Origin: Macrostomum lignano
Lineage: Eukaryota
Length of the DNA: 64,000 bases
Assembly: GCA_002269645.1 (NCBI GenBank)
Contig: NIVC01002435.1
Span: forward strand, 93,664 to 157,663
Reading direction: 5' to 3'
Part shown: positions 12,775 to 23,324 of the stretch, in pieces
Position numbering within the stretch: the stretch's first letter is position 1
How the letters are laid out: every line of letters starts with the position of its first letter
Program-made: the position numbers and the translations under genes
Notes under the pieces: model-generated
What the model saw: only the letters and a program-made list of their open reading frames with translations
What the model was told of the DNA's origin: nothing
Databases searched by the model: none

Positions 12775-13203
12775 TCACTCCAAGGTTGACAGCATCATCA
12801 GCTGGCGCAGCACTTTGGTCTGGCTGGTCTCTCGGATCTCTCCAGCCAGAAACATCTCGTCTACCACGGTGTACACCTTGTAGAAGTTGAACACCAAGTC
12901 CAGTTCGCAAACGTTGTGAAAGTATTCGTTGAGCACTTCAACAAAGTTGTGTATGGCCTCCAGGTACATGAGGTTGTTGTCGCCGATGTCAACGCAGATG
13001 CAGAAGTAGAGACCGGCGTAGCGCCTGTAGATGATTTTGTAATTTCGGAATTCAACAAAGTTGGTGTGCTTGGCGTCGCGGACTGTGACGGTGGCGTGCA
13101 CCTCCTCTATGAGCTTCTGCTTCTCCTCATCCTCGAAGTGCATGTACCACTTGGCCAGGCGGGTCTTGCCAGCCCGGTTCTGGATAAGGATGAAGCGGAT
13201 CAT
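12775..13203 (-). CDS. AP2S1: AP-2 complex sigma subunit, 142 aa, intronless CDS
   Basis: [20 protein letters not shown]...[10 protein letters not shown]...[33 protein letters not shown] closely matches the highly conserved sigma2 sequence. Start context is gccgccATG at 13203. Confidence 0.97.
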   Translation of the reverse strand: MIRFILIQNRAGKTRLAKWYMHFEDEEKQKLIEEVHATVTVRDAKHTNFVEFRNYKIIYRRYAGLYFCICVDIGDNNLMYLEAIHNFVEVLNEYFHNVCELDLVFNFYKVYTVVDEMFLAGEIRETSQTKVLRQLMMLSTLE

Positions 13204-13448
13204 GGCGGCTGGCTGGGCATGAGAGAAACATTGCACATATTATGCACACAATGTACATGATAAAAGGATAATTTGGTCAATTTAATTCAAATTTAAATGA
13301 AACCTTTGAGGTTGATCTAGGAATTATTGGTAGTTTTTTGTCAACTGGTCACTAATCTTTACCTATATTATATCACACATATGGTATTATACCTAATTAA
13401 GAACTTTTACTAAGAGCTCTACCACTACTGCTACTAGTCTACTACTAT

Positions 13449-14055
13449 AGCTTTTGTCTATGGTAGCAAGGCTGGCATAGCAGCATTCAATTTGGTTCAT
13501 AGCTATATTTGCAACTGCTATGGAGGAGCAAGAGCAGTCCCAGAATTATGGACCAAATGCTAGGGCAGCTAGGCTATTGAACAAATGCCATTGGCTTGTG
13601 ATTGAAGCACTCAACAGAGGCAAACACCCAATAGACATAGCAAAGCTGCTGAATATAAGAAAAGATGGTTTATAATATTCATCAGTGCATTGAAACTCTG
13701 CCAACAGAGATTGCCTACAAAAGGATGGCAATCCTCAAAGGCAAGTTGCTTGAGAGCCTCAATTCCAACTGCTAATCAATGCAATTAAGATGAACCCTTT
13801 GTTGATATTATAGAAAATGTAGCAGAAGTTGAAGGAGTAGTTCCAGTAGGTTATCAGATTTTGATGAGCAGAGCTCTAGAAAGTGACAGAAATTATTATT
13901 AGAGATGCTGACATTCTAATGGTATATAGCAACCTACAGACAGTTGTGAGTAGGCAAGAGCTTCTCTAATGGCTCACAAGCATTTGGACTAAGTTGATGC
14001 TTGTTGAACCAAATTATATGCTATTGTACTAGCCTTGCTACTATAGACAAAAGCT
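13449..14055. mobile_element. Degenerate non-autonomous TIR element (MITE)
   Basis: Inverted termini agcttttgtctatggtagcaaggct (13449-13473) and agccttgctactatagacaaaagct (14031-14055), 24/25 identity. No clear TSD. Confidence 0.6.
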
Positions 14056-14539
14056 CTGTTACATTGGCAAACATATCTTAGATTAAATTCAATGCTTTTC
14101 TTGCTTGCTTTTCTTAGGTTAAATTAAGTCCAAATGGGCTGCAAAAATGATATAAATTTAATATTTTCTAAATAAATAATAATAATATATAATATACATA
14201 TTAAACAGACTAACATAATACCATTTATATGAATATATATTTATTTTATTTCTTATTTAATTAAGCCTAGCCAAAAGAATCAAGCTTATTTAATTAAGTA
14301 CAAATATAAGCTGTCTAAAAATAATAAATAAAGTTATTATTAATAATAAAATGGCATAGTTTTTAGTGTAGGCCTATTTAAGATAGGGAAAAAAAAGCCA
14401 TTTTTTTAATGAAAAATTTCATAACTTTTTTATTACTTGATTAATTTTCAAAAGTTTGGTGTCATTTCACTCATAACATCTAGGGCTATAACATAGCATG
14501 GTTAAAAATACAATTTTGAAAAAATTTTTTACTGGACAC

Positions 14540-15467
14540 TAGTGTTCTACCATAAGGAGGGTCCATGTACCGTAGCCGTAGCCATAAGCAAAACTATGGC
14601 TTATTCCAGTTCTCTGTATTCTGTAGCCGTAGGGACCCCAAAATTACCATATTCCCGTAGTTACCATAGCCTTAGCCATAGTTTTAACAAAAAGTCTAAA
14701 AAAACAAAATATTTTGAATCAAGAAAATAACCTAGTGCTTAAACAACTGCAAATTAAATTAGAAAAAAAGAAACACTTAATTGTCTTTCTAAGATTACAT
14801 TTCGTCTTTTTTCAAAGCAACAATACTTAGTTGTTATTGAAAGTACTAACACTAAACTTTTTCTCATTAATAAAAATTAGAGTTTGCTAGTGTTTTATTA
14901 TACTTTTTTAGGTATATTTTATAAGTTTCTAGGTTGATAATACAGTTTACTAAATTTATCTTTGTTTTACTCTACCTGTTTCTAATATTTTTTCAATTTT
15001 TACATTAATAACTATGGCTACAGGAATCCCTGATTGCAGCGCATGGGCATTTTGGCGGACGGCGTCCGGCGCGGATCTAATACGGCGCGGCGCGGCGCGT
15101 ACGGCGCGCGGCGATTAGTACGGCGCGGCGCGGTACTAATTAGATGCCGAGGCATTTAGGCTTGATAAGACAGTCATAGTTACTCCTGCCGTTTACCCAA
15201 AACTGCGTTAATTTTGCTTTAGGGTTTCTTTCACAGGTAAGTCATTTCACAGCGTGGCGCAGGTTGTGTAGGCGTCTGGCGTACTTAAGCCATGCGCTGC
15301 AATAGGGCAGGAATCTACAAAATGTGACAGCAACTACTATATTTCCGTAGTCGTAGCCATAAGAGCAGCTAGCTACCATAGGCATATCCGTAGCTGCCAT
15401 AGGCACCTATTTTACCATATTTGCCATAGGATCCCATAGCCGTAGCTACGGCTATGGCAGAACACTA
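14540..15467. mobile_element. hAT-like MITE
   Basis: Termini tagtgttct(a/g)ccata in inverted orientation; flanks ctggacac / ctggacta (6/8, decayed 8-bp TSD); many subterminal ccgtag/ccatag motifs. Confidence 0.65.
15029..15307. mobile_element. Small TIR element nested in the hAT-like MITE
   Basis: Termini cctgattgcagcgcatgg / ccctattgcagcgcatgg (16/18) with an exact 8-bp direct repeat caggaatc at 15021-15028 and 15308-15315. Confidence 0.75.
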
Positions 15468-16793
15468 CTGGACTAGACACCCTACTATTATATTTTATCC
15501 ATAACTTTTTTATTTTGTTTATTTTAATAAATGTTAAAAACTGATATAAAGAAAAGACTTGCTACTACAAAATTGTGCAGTCACATTATTTTGACCATCA
15601 GAATGAGATATTGGAATAATAGGAACAAAAATAAAAATAAATTATAAAATATACTAAAATAATGACATGGAGATGAACCATTCAGAACCAAACTTCCATA
15701 AACAAAGTCTGAATTATATAAGTTTGTCATAAGCTAAAGCTTAAACCTTTAAGAAATGGAACCACAATAAGCATTCAGAAGATGGCCTATGCATCCGGCA
15801 TCCAAAAAATTTCCCCTATGCCGAGTATGACAATGCAGATGCAGCATGGCTTGACTAGCTATAGTGACATATACAGAAGGATATAGCTGTGTTGTATGAG
15901 AAACAACAGCAATAATAGGTGGGTTTCTCGACAGATATTTAGACGAACAGACATTAAAAAATTGTCAGTAAATTTGACAAAACTTAGGATTCACCTGTGC
16001 TGTGGGCTGTGCTGATACCAGTGACAGGCAATAAATAGAATCTATTGCGATTTAGAAATTACTCATACAAGCCAGAGAGAGTTTTCGTAAGAGTCTTTTT
16101 AATTATTATATTATGTTTTATTATAAGTACATAATTACTAAAAATCTTCTTCTACTCCTAAACATTGCTGAAATCAAGAATATGTTAAATCAATTTGTTT
16201 AAAATTGATTTGAACAAATGCCATTGGCCCCGTTGAAAAAAAAGTTTATCCCACTCGCCCCATAAGCGGAGATAATTTTATTCTTAAAATATCTGTCTTC
16301 GCGATGCAATTAATTGACTAAGAACCGAATAAATGCTAATCTTTTGGTGTAACTTACCCGCTTTTGTGACGAACTCTCAAGAAATCAAACATTTTTCCGT
16401 AGTGTGGATTTTTCTGAATCAATTTTATCTATGGTTGATATCTAAACCCCCTTCATGCTATGCGTTTATTGAGCATACTAAATGTACTGTTCTAATGGTA
16501 CAATTCCAGGAAAATTGATTGTAGTATTCGATTCCAGTTGTCCATGACAATTGTCAATTGACAATCCGAACTTATAAAAATTTGCGAGAACTATTAATTT
16601 TACGTAAGCCTGCGACATAATCGAAAAAGTTCTAAAGGGTTTGTAAAAAATTCTGAGCCCGTAGTCATCAGAAAATTTGGGTCCTCAAAATTTAAATCAC
16701 AAATTATTGCCTATTGCAGGAGTCTGCACCAAAGACAACAATTAAAAACTGCTTAGTTGCATGGTCCCAAATTTACGTGTAACTGCATTGTAA

Positions 16794-16958
16794 AAAAGGA
16801 AAAAAACTGTAGACTTCAGATCGGCCCTCGTGTCTCTATCGCAGCCGAAGTATTACAAGTTTGAGTTTCCTCCCAATGTCTCGCCTGTGCAGGTTAGAAT
16901 GGTCTCAGACGACATGCTGTGCATGCGGGTGTCTGTACAGGAAACGACACTTAGATAA
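16794..16958 (+). pseudogene. Orphan coding fragment resembling the extracellular domain of SID-1/SIDT dsRNA transporters
   Basis: Translates VSLSQPKYYKFEFPPNVSPVQVRMVSDDMLCMRVSVQ. This matches the pattern SQPxYxxxxFP..V..V.V...S....C..VSVQ that I recall from SIDT1/2. It is a GC-richer island in AT-rich DNA, has a possible acceptor cttcag at 16819, stops at 16956, and no other SID exon is visible. Confidence 0.5.
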
Positions 16959-17524
16959 AAATTTAAGCCTTTCTTTTAGTCGTCTCGATTTAAAAACTTC
17001 AATGGTATTTGCCATACCTACTTAATTAGAACTATAATTCTAAAGGTGTCATGATATATTGCAGATTATTACTTAAATCAAAACATTGCTTCCACAATGT
17101 TCGAAAAGCCTTCATTAATTTGCAAGTCACTTTCTCCAGCACACAGCTTCAACAAATTCGTATGAAATTTGTGTGAAAATGAAAATGAAAAAGAGTATGA
17201 AATTTCAAACTTGTGAAATTTCGACCTATGAAATATTGTAAAGTTAATATACATTAAGTTAAAGGAAATTAATGTACTTGCTTCAATCGCTGATAAATGC
17301 AATCTATTAACAAGCCCTAATACTCCCGAATACTCGTACAGTAGGATATGTAGCTTCTCATCTGATTGGTTGGGATTTGATATCTGGCGTTGAACAAATC
17401 GCTGGCGATTTACAAATAAGTGAAATAAGCTGAAATGAAGCGTGCTGCTAGGGTATCCTTCTAGTCAGTTGTTTGTATCTTCATTGCTAGAAAGCTCTCA
17501 GAATCATTGTTTTATCAAAGCGAG

Positions 17525-18412
17525 ATGAAGAAGGCTGGAAAGTCCACCATCTCCGCCAGCGACTGCAGCTCGGCAAAGGAGCAGCAGGCGGAGCAGCAGG
17601 CGGAGCAGCAGGCGGAGCAGCAGGCGGAGCAGCAGGCGGAGCAGCAGGCGGAGCAGATTTTAGCCGCGGCCGACGCTCTGCTGGAAGTCAACCGGTGCCT
17701 GACGTCGCACCAGTCGGCGCTGCAGTCGCTCAGCAGCCGTGTGGCGGGCATCGAGGAGGCGACTCACAGATTTGAGCTGCAGGCGGCGCTGCCGTCTTTC
17801 GTTTGGTGCATCGACAATTTCGGGCGCAGCTTCAGTCAGGCCAGGGCCGGGCAGCAGGAGAGGCTGGTCAGCGAGCCCTTCCGCCTGGCCCCGTACAGCT
17901 ACGTGATGCGGATGTCCGCCTGCCTGTTCGGGGAATCCGCAGGTGCGACAGAAGCTGATTATCTGCTGGGTTGATGTGACTTTTTGATTGGTAGATTGAT
18001 TGATTGGTTGATTTAATTATTTATTTATTTATTGGTTCATTGATTTACAACCCCCTCCCCTCGATCCGCAGTCCGCGGCCGCTGCCTCTCCGTGTTTGTC
18101 TGCTTCCTGCCCGGCGAGTTCGACAGCCTGCTGGAGTGGCCCTTCAACAAGCGGCTGTACATCACCGCCCTGGACCTGAGCGGTGCCGGCCGCCACCACA
18201 GCCGGGTGCTGATCCCGGGCCGGTTGGAGGGCAACTTCAACCGGTCCTACCTGCGGCGGCCCGCCGGCGGCCAGAGCCCCTGGTTTGGCGTGCGCAACTT
18301 CATGGAGCTGAGCCGGCTGGAGAACGGCGGCCAGTTCGTGCGCGGCAACCGCCTGCACCTGCGGCTGGAGGTGCCGCTGGACGAGCCGCTGGTTGCCACG
18401 GGGACTGAATGA
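17525..18412 (+). CDS. TRAF-like protein (coiled coil + MATH domain, no RING or zinc fingers), 2 exons: 17525-17942, 18072-18412
   Basis: FVWCIDNF, SEPF..PYSY.M, LSVFVCFLPGEFDSLLEWPF, FGVRNFMEL and LHLRLEV are MATH/TRAF-C motifs. Phase-1 intron gcag|gtgcga...ccgcag|tc. (EQQA)n is encoded by a 12-bp repeat. Confidence 0.85.
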
Positions 18413-18599
18413 AAGAGAATTGATCCGCCTGACCCGGCGCAGTGACATTTGATTCACAGTTTAAAAAGCACCTGTCTGATATCTGTTTCAAACTTTCTCT
18501 GCCGACTATCTGTAGCTTAAGCCTCTGTCTTATTAACTAAGCTGACTGCTGCGAAATACAAGCTTGCAAAGGGAAGCTTGCAACTTCCGCCTTGTGTTT

Positions 18600-18830
18600 C
18601 TCTCACAGCTCAGAGCTGCTGCCCAATCACAGCAGGGTGAACTGCAGCTCAGAGCTGCTGCCCAATCACAGCAGAGTGGACTGCAGCTCAGAGCTGCTGC
18701 CCAATCACAGCAGGGTGAACTGCAGCTCAGAGCTGCTGCCCAATCACAGCAGGGTGAACTGCAGCTCAGAGCTGCTCCCCAATCACAGCAGAGTGAACTG
18801 CAGCTCAGCTTCAATTGCCACTCGCTCACA
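18600..18830 (-). repeat. 39-bp minisatellite (~5 copies) plus a short flank homologous to the element at 24135-25253
   Basis: Unit cagctcagagctgctgcccaatcacagcagggtgaactg. Its flank cagcttcaattgccactcgctcac resembles cagcttcattcgccagccgctcac at ~25027. Confidence 0.85.
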
Positions 18831-19822
18831 TGTTGATGCAAAATGGCCGGTTCAGCTGCGTTCTAACGGCAAACAAGAATTTATCGATTGAAAGTTCCCA
18901 CTTGACTCCCGCATGAAAGTCCCATACGGCATTGACAGTCAGATTAAATATATTTACACCAGTTTCGTATAGGCAAACGATTGCTAGAAAACTCGGGTCT
19001 AAAAAGTTCGAATTACTTGACCGTGTTAGATCGAAGCGGCGCACAACAGGGGCTCGAAAATTCGAGGCCCGCGGGCGCATGGGGGCCAAACACAGAGACA
19101 CAGGAGAGAGAGTCAACAGTCAGGAGTCCCTGTGCCGTCTGCATCGCATCGGAGGACCCTGCAGAAGGCGCAATGTCAACACCTAACGAGCAAACTTCTC
19201 CGCCTATGTGAGTCTCAAGCACTCGACTCAGGCGCTGAGAGCCGTTTAATGTTTGTCATGGCTGTCATGGATCTGGCGGCAGAGCGCTGCACTTTAGACC
19301 GCTTGGTCACTTGGTCACGACTTGCCAGTCCTATAAGTATGATTATGTTCGTTTTGAGAGCCTTTTTAAAATGGATTCTACATGATTTTTGTAATAAAAT
19401 AAATGTACTTTTACGCTCTATGCGGTAAGCTTCAAGGTAAAAAATAAACTGACCAATCAATTTTCCAGCAGCAGGGTGAATAAGTCGGGAACACAATGCC
19501 TTCTTTGTTGCTGACTCCTCACCAATCAATGCTCAGCCGATCAGCCTTGAGTACTTTGGTATCGCAGGGATAGAGAAATCTTTTTTAATAAGCAGTCGGA
19601 TCCAAACTTCTATAGGAATAAATTGAATTTGAATTTGAAAAGCTAAAAATCTTTGGATTTACGATCCCCCTACTCGCCTGTGCTCAAAGCAGCCAGTGAC
19701 AGGCCGGGGGGGGGGAGGCCGGGGGCCGCTGAGCACAAGTGGGCCGGTCGCATCTCCAATGAAAAAGTGAAACCGAGGCGAAAGAAAAGCGGGAGAGGCG
19801 GCTGAGAGCGGGCCATGCAGGC

Positions 19823-21603
19823 ATGCCGGCAGGCGGCAGGCAGCACCCGTGGCGCAGTTGGCGCATCGCTGAAAATCAAAACGCCTGCGCTGACGAGCAA
19901 CTGCGCAGGCGGATGCGCGCGTTTGAGGCGGCGCATCGGCGCGAGGTGGCGCGCATCGCGGCCGAGTGCCGCCAAGCGAGGGGCGGCGACGGCGACAGCA
20001 AAGGCGGCGGCCCCGCCTTCCCCTACCTGGAGAAGCGGAACGCGATCGCGGTGCGGTCGGCGGCGAGGCCGGAGGGCCCGGGCAGCAGAACGCTGCAGCT
20101 GGCGCGGTCGGCGCTGGCCCGCCTGCGGCTCGAATCCGGCGCCGTGACGGCGGCGCGGACACGCGACGGCGAGAGCGCGCGTGAGCGCCGGGGACTTGAT
20201 TGGGGGATGTGGCTGCAAGGGTTGTGCAGTGCTACATGTACTCCGGCTGGGTGTACAGAACTCCTTGATGCTGCAGTCTCAGTGATGAGAAACTGCAATG
20301 CCAGAATACTAAACACAACAAATCCAATGCGATGTTTGGGCCTTTGGTCACTGCTGACTGGGTGTACAGCGGCCCAGACACTTGAATCGTCAGGCATGTA
20401 CACGGGGACCCGGGGACTTTGGCTCGAGAATGTGCCCTCATATAGATCAGGTGTCGGCAATTATTATTACCTCAAGAGCCAGATAAAGAATTCAGATAAT
20501 TGCTGCATGAGGGCCGGGTGAGGGAGGAAAGGAGTGGGAATAGAGGAAAGAGAAGAGAAGAGATTAGAGGTGAGAGGCGAGATAGGAGATGGGATGAGAG
20601 CGAAGAGTCGAGAGAAGAGAGGAGATGAGAGAGAAGAGAGGAGATGAGAGAGAAGAGAGGAGATGAGAGAGAAGAGAGGAGATGAGAGAGAAGAGAGGAG
20701 ATGAGAGAGAAGAGAGGAGATGAGAGAGAAGAGAGGAGATGAGAGAGAAGAGAGGAGATGAGAGAGAAGAGAGGATATGAGAGAGAAAAGAGGAGATGAG
20801 AGAGAAGAGAGGAGATGAGAGAGAAGAGAGGAGATGAGAGAGAAGAGAGGAGATGAGAGAGAAGAGAGGAGATGAGAGAGAAGAGAGGAGATGAGAGAGA
20901 AGAGAGGATATGAGAGAGAAGAGAGGAGATGAGAGAGAAGAGAGGATATGAGAGAGAAGAGAGGATATGAGAGAGAAAAGAGGAGATGAGAGAGAAAAGA
21001 GGAGATGAGAGAGAAAAGAGGAGATGAGAGAGAAGAGAGATGAGAGAAAATAGAGAATAGGGAAGAGAGAAGAGAACTGAGAGAAGAGCTGAGAAGGGAC
21101 AAAACCTTAGGCGGGCCGGATTGTGGAGTTCAAAGGACCCGAAGGCCGGATAGAGAGACTTCGTGGGCCACATGTGGCCGGATTTTGCCGCCGATCCCTG
21201 GAACGCTCGAAGACACCTACAATCCAGTCGTGCTGGATGATCATTTTGATCTTATTCTGAAGCCACTGATGAAATCCCCCGGTTTCTGCTTTCAGCGGTC
21301 AGCATCGAGGTACGGCAGGGGCGGCCGCCGCCGCTAGCGCCGATCCTGCCGGCGCCCCTGCGTCTGCAGCTGCTGCCGGAGGGCCGGGCGGCGGAGCTCC
21401 TCGCCGACGCGGAGCGGCGCCGCCTTCGCCGCCTCGAAGCAGCCCGCGCCAGCGCCCGCAGCCTGGACGGCCAGGTCTCCGACTTCGGCCTGCTGCCGCC
21501 GATCGCGCCGGCCCGCTGTCACCATGGCAACCAGGAAAGCAAGGACTCAAAGATAGCGGCTTTGTCAGACGAACAGGCGCGGTTTTCAGCAATAAAATCT
21601 TAG
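19823..21603 (+). CDS. Uncharacterised ~221-aa protein with an N-terminal helical/coiled-coil segment (weak resemblance to the CCDC190 family), exons 19823-20180 and 21296-21603
   Basis: GC-rich open frames joined by the donor gcgc|gtgagc (20181) and acceptor ctgctttcag|cg (21295), both phase 1. ENQNACADEQLRRRMRAFEAAHRREVARIAAEC is amphipathic. The family assignment is only a recollection-level resemblance. Confidence 0.55.
20520..21090. repeat. 19-bp purine-rich minisatellite in an intron
   Basis: Unit gagatgagagagaagagag. Confidence 0.95.
21518..21531. promoter_or_regulatory. RFX X-box motif (GTCACCATGGCAAC); a second imperfect X-box lies at 22156-22169
   Basis: Fits the GTNRCC-N0-3-RGYAAC consensus exactly. 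Function is untested. Confidence 0.4.
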
Positions 21604-22624
21604 CGGCCTTAGCGGCAAAAATAGCCATATTTGATTCATTTATTCTGCCCTGACTGGATTTCTCATTGCGCGACTCAAGCGCGCAGGCCGCAGAGGGCAG
21701 CCGTGACAATATAATAGAGAAAGCACAGGTGAGAGTTTTATTAACAGGCCAACAGTAATGCAGTTCTTAATGACCCGACTAAAGCCAGCTGCAGTGCTGA
21801 GCAATAAATTCCATATAATTAATTGATTGCTGAGCTACCAAACTACATGTATCTGGCTGCGATGGCCCACAGCATGCGCTGCCGGCTGTTCCAGTCAACC
21901 CAGCAGCCAAGAATTTTTTTGCTGCCCCCCCCGAAAAGAGCCCGAAAGCAGACCAGAGGCTTCTTTAACCCGCTTTCTGTTGCTTGAAGCCAACAATAGC
22001 GAGCGGAGAAGCCGAGAGCTCAGGAAACACAGGCGGCATTCACTGCCTGCCGTAGCGACTGAGCACGGCTTTATCCGGAATCCGCATTGAGCAGCCGGGA
22101 CAAAGCATGCGGGTTGAAATTATCCGCGAAAAAAGTGAAACAAAAGGAGACACAAAACGCCATGGCAACAGGCGATAGATGAAGGCCCAACTAACAATAA
22201 AATTTGCTAATTGAAAATTTAAACAAATTTTTGCTTCCAGCTTTAATCTTTTAAAAATCAGAATTCCGTTTAGTAGCTGAGCCAAGAATTAAAACAAAAG
22301 AACTGTACATGCAAGCTAACAAATCAATAGATACATTTTGTCTGCACATGTAATGGAATAATTTTTACTATTCGGCTGTAAAATATGAGCCAACTAAAGT
22401 CATTTATTCTTACAACAAAACAACTCGTAGAAAATATTCTTGAAGAAAATGTTTTTTTTGGACGGAACTAACTGGCAATTCCTGATAAATTAAGGATGAT
22501 TTTCAAAGCATAAAGGATTTAATAAGTTAAGAGGTAAAATGAAAAGCTGAATTGGTATTGGGAACGAATTTTGTGAAAGTGGCTGGCAACTGTTGCAGCA
22601 GAAATTAACACAAAGTAATTCAGG

Positions 22625-23220
22625 CAGGCAAGCGATCGATATTTCGGGGTGGGGGTACAGAGGCAAAAAATTCAAGCGATTAATATTTTGGGGTAGGGGT
22701 AGAGAGTCAGAGAACCCAAGCAATCGATATTTTGGGGTGGGGGTAGAGAGGCAGAGAATCCAAGCGATCGATATTTTGGGGTGAGAGTAGAGAGGCAGAT
22801 AGTCCAAGCAATCGATATTTTGGGGTAGGGGTAGAGAGGCAGAGAATCCAAGCAATCGATATTTTGGGGTAGGGGTAGAGAGGCATAGAATCCAAGCGAT
22901 CGATATTTTGGGGTGGGGTACAGAGGCGGAGAATCCAAGCGATCGATATTTTGGGGTGGGAAGAGAGGCGGAGAATCCAAGCGATCGATATTTTGGGGTG
23001 GGGGTAGAGAGGCAGATAGTCCAAGCAATCGATATTTTGGGGTAGGGGTAGAGAGTCAGAGAACCCAAGCAATCGATATTTTGGGGTAGGGGTAGAGAGT
23101 CAGAGAACCCAAGCAATCGATATTTTGGGGTGGGGATACAGAGGCGGAGAATCCAAGCGATCGATATTTTGGGTGGGGTAGAGAGGCAGATAATCCAAGC
23201 GATCGATATTTTGGGGTGGG
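22625..23220. repeat. ~40-43-bp minisatellite downstream of NICN1
   Basis: Unit approximately aagcgatcgatattttggggtgggggtagagaggcagagaatcc. Confidence 0.95.
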
Positions 23221-23324
23221 GTAACGGGGCAGGCGATCATCACATTACGCAAAGCAATTCAGTAAAAGCATTCAGAGGACTTAGAGAATTGTCAATCCGC
23301 CTGCACAAATGTCCTCCGGCGGTG

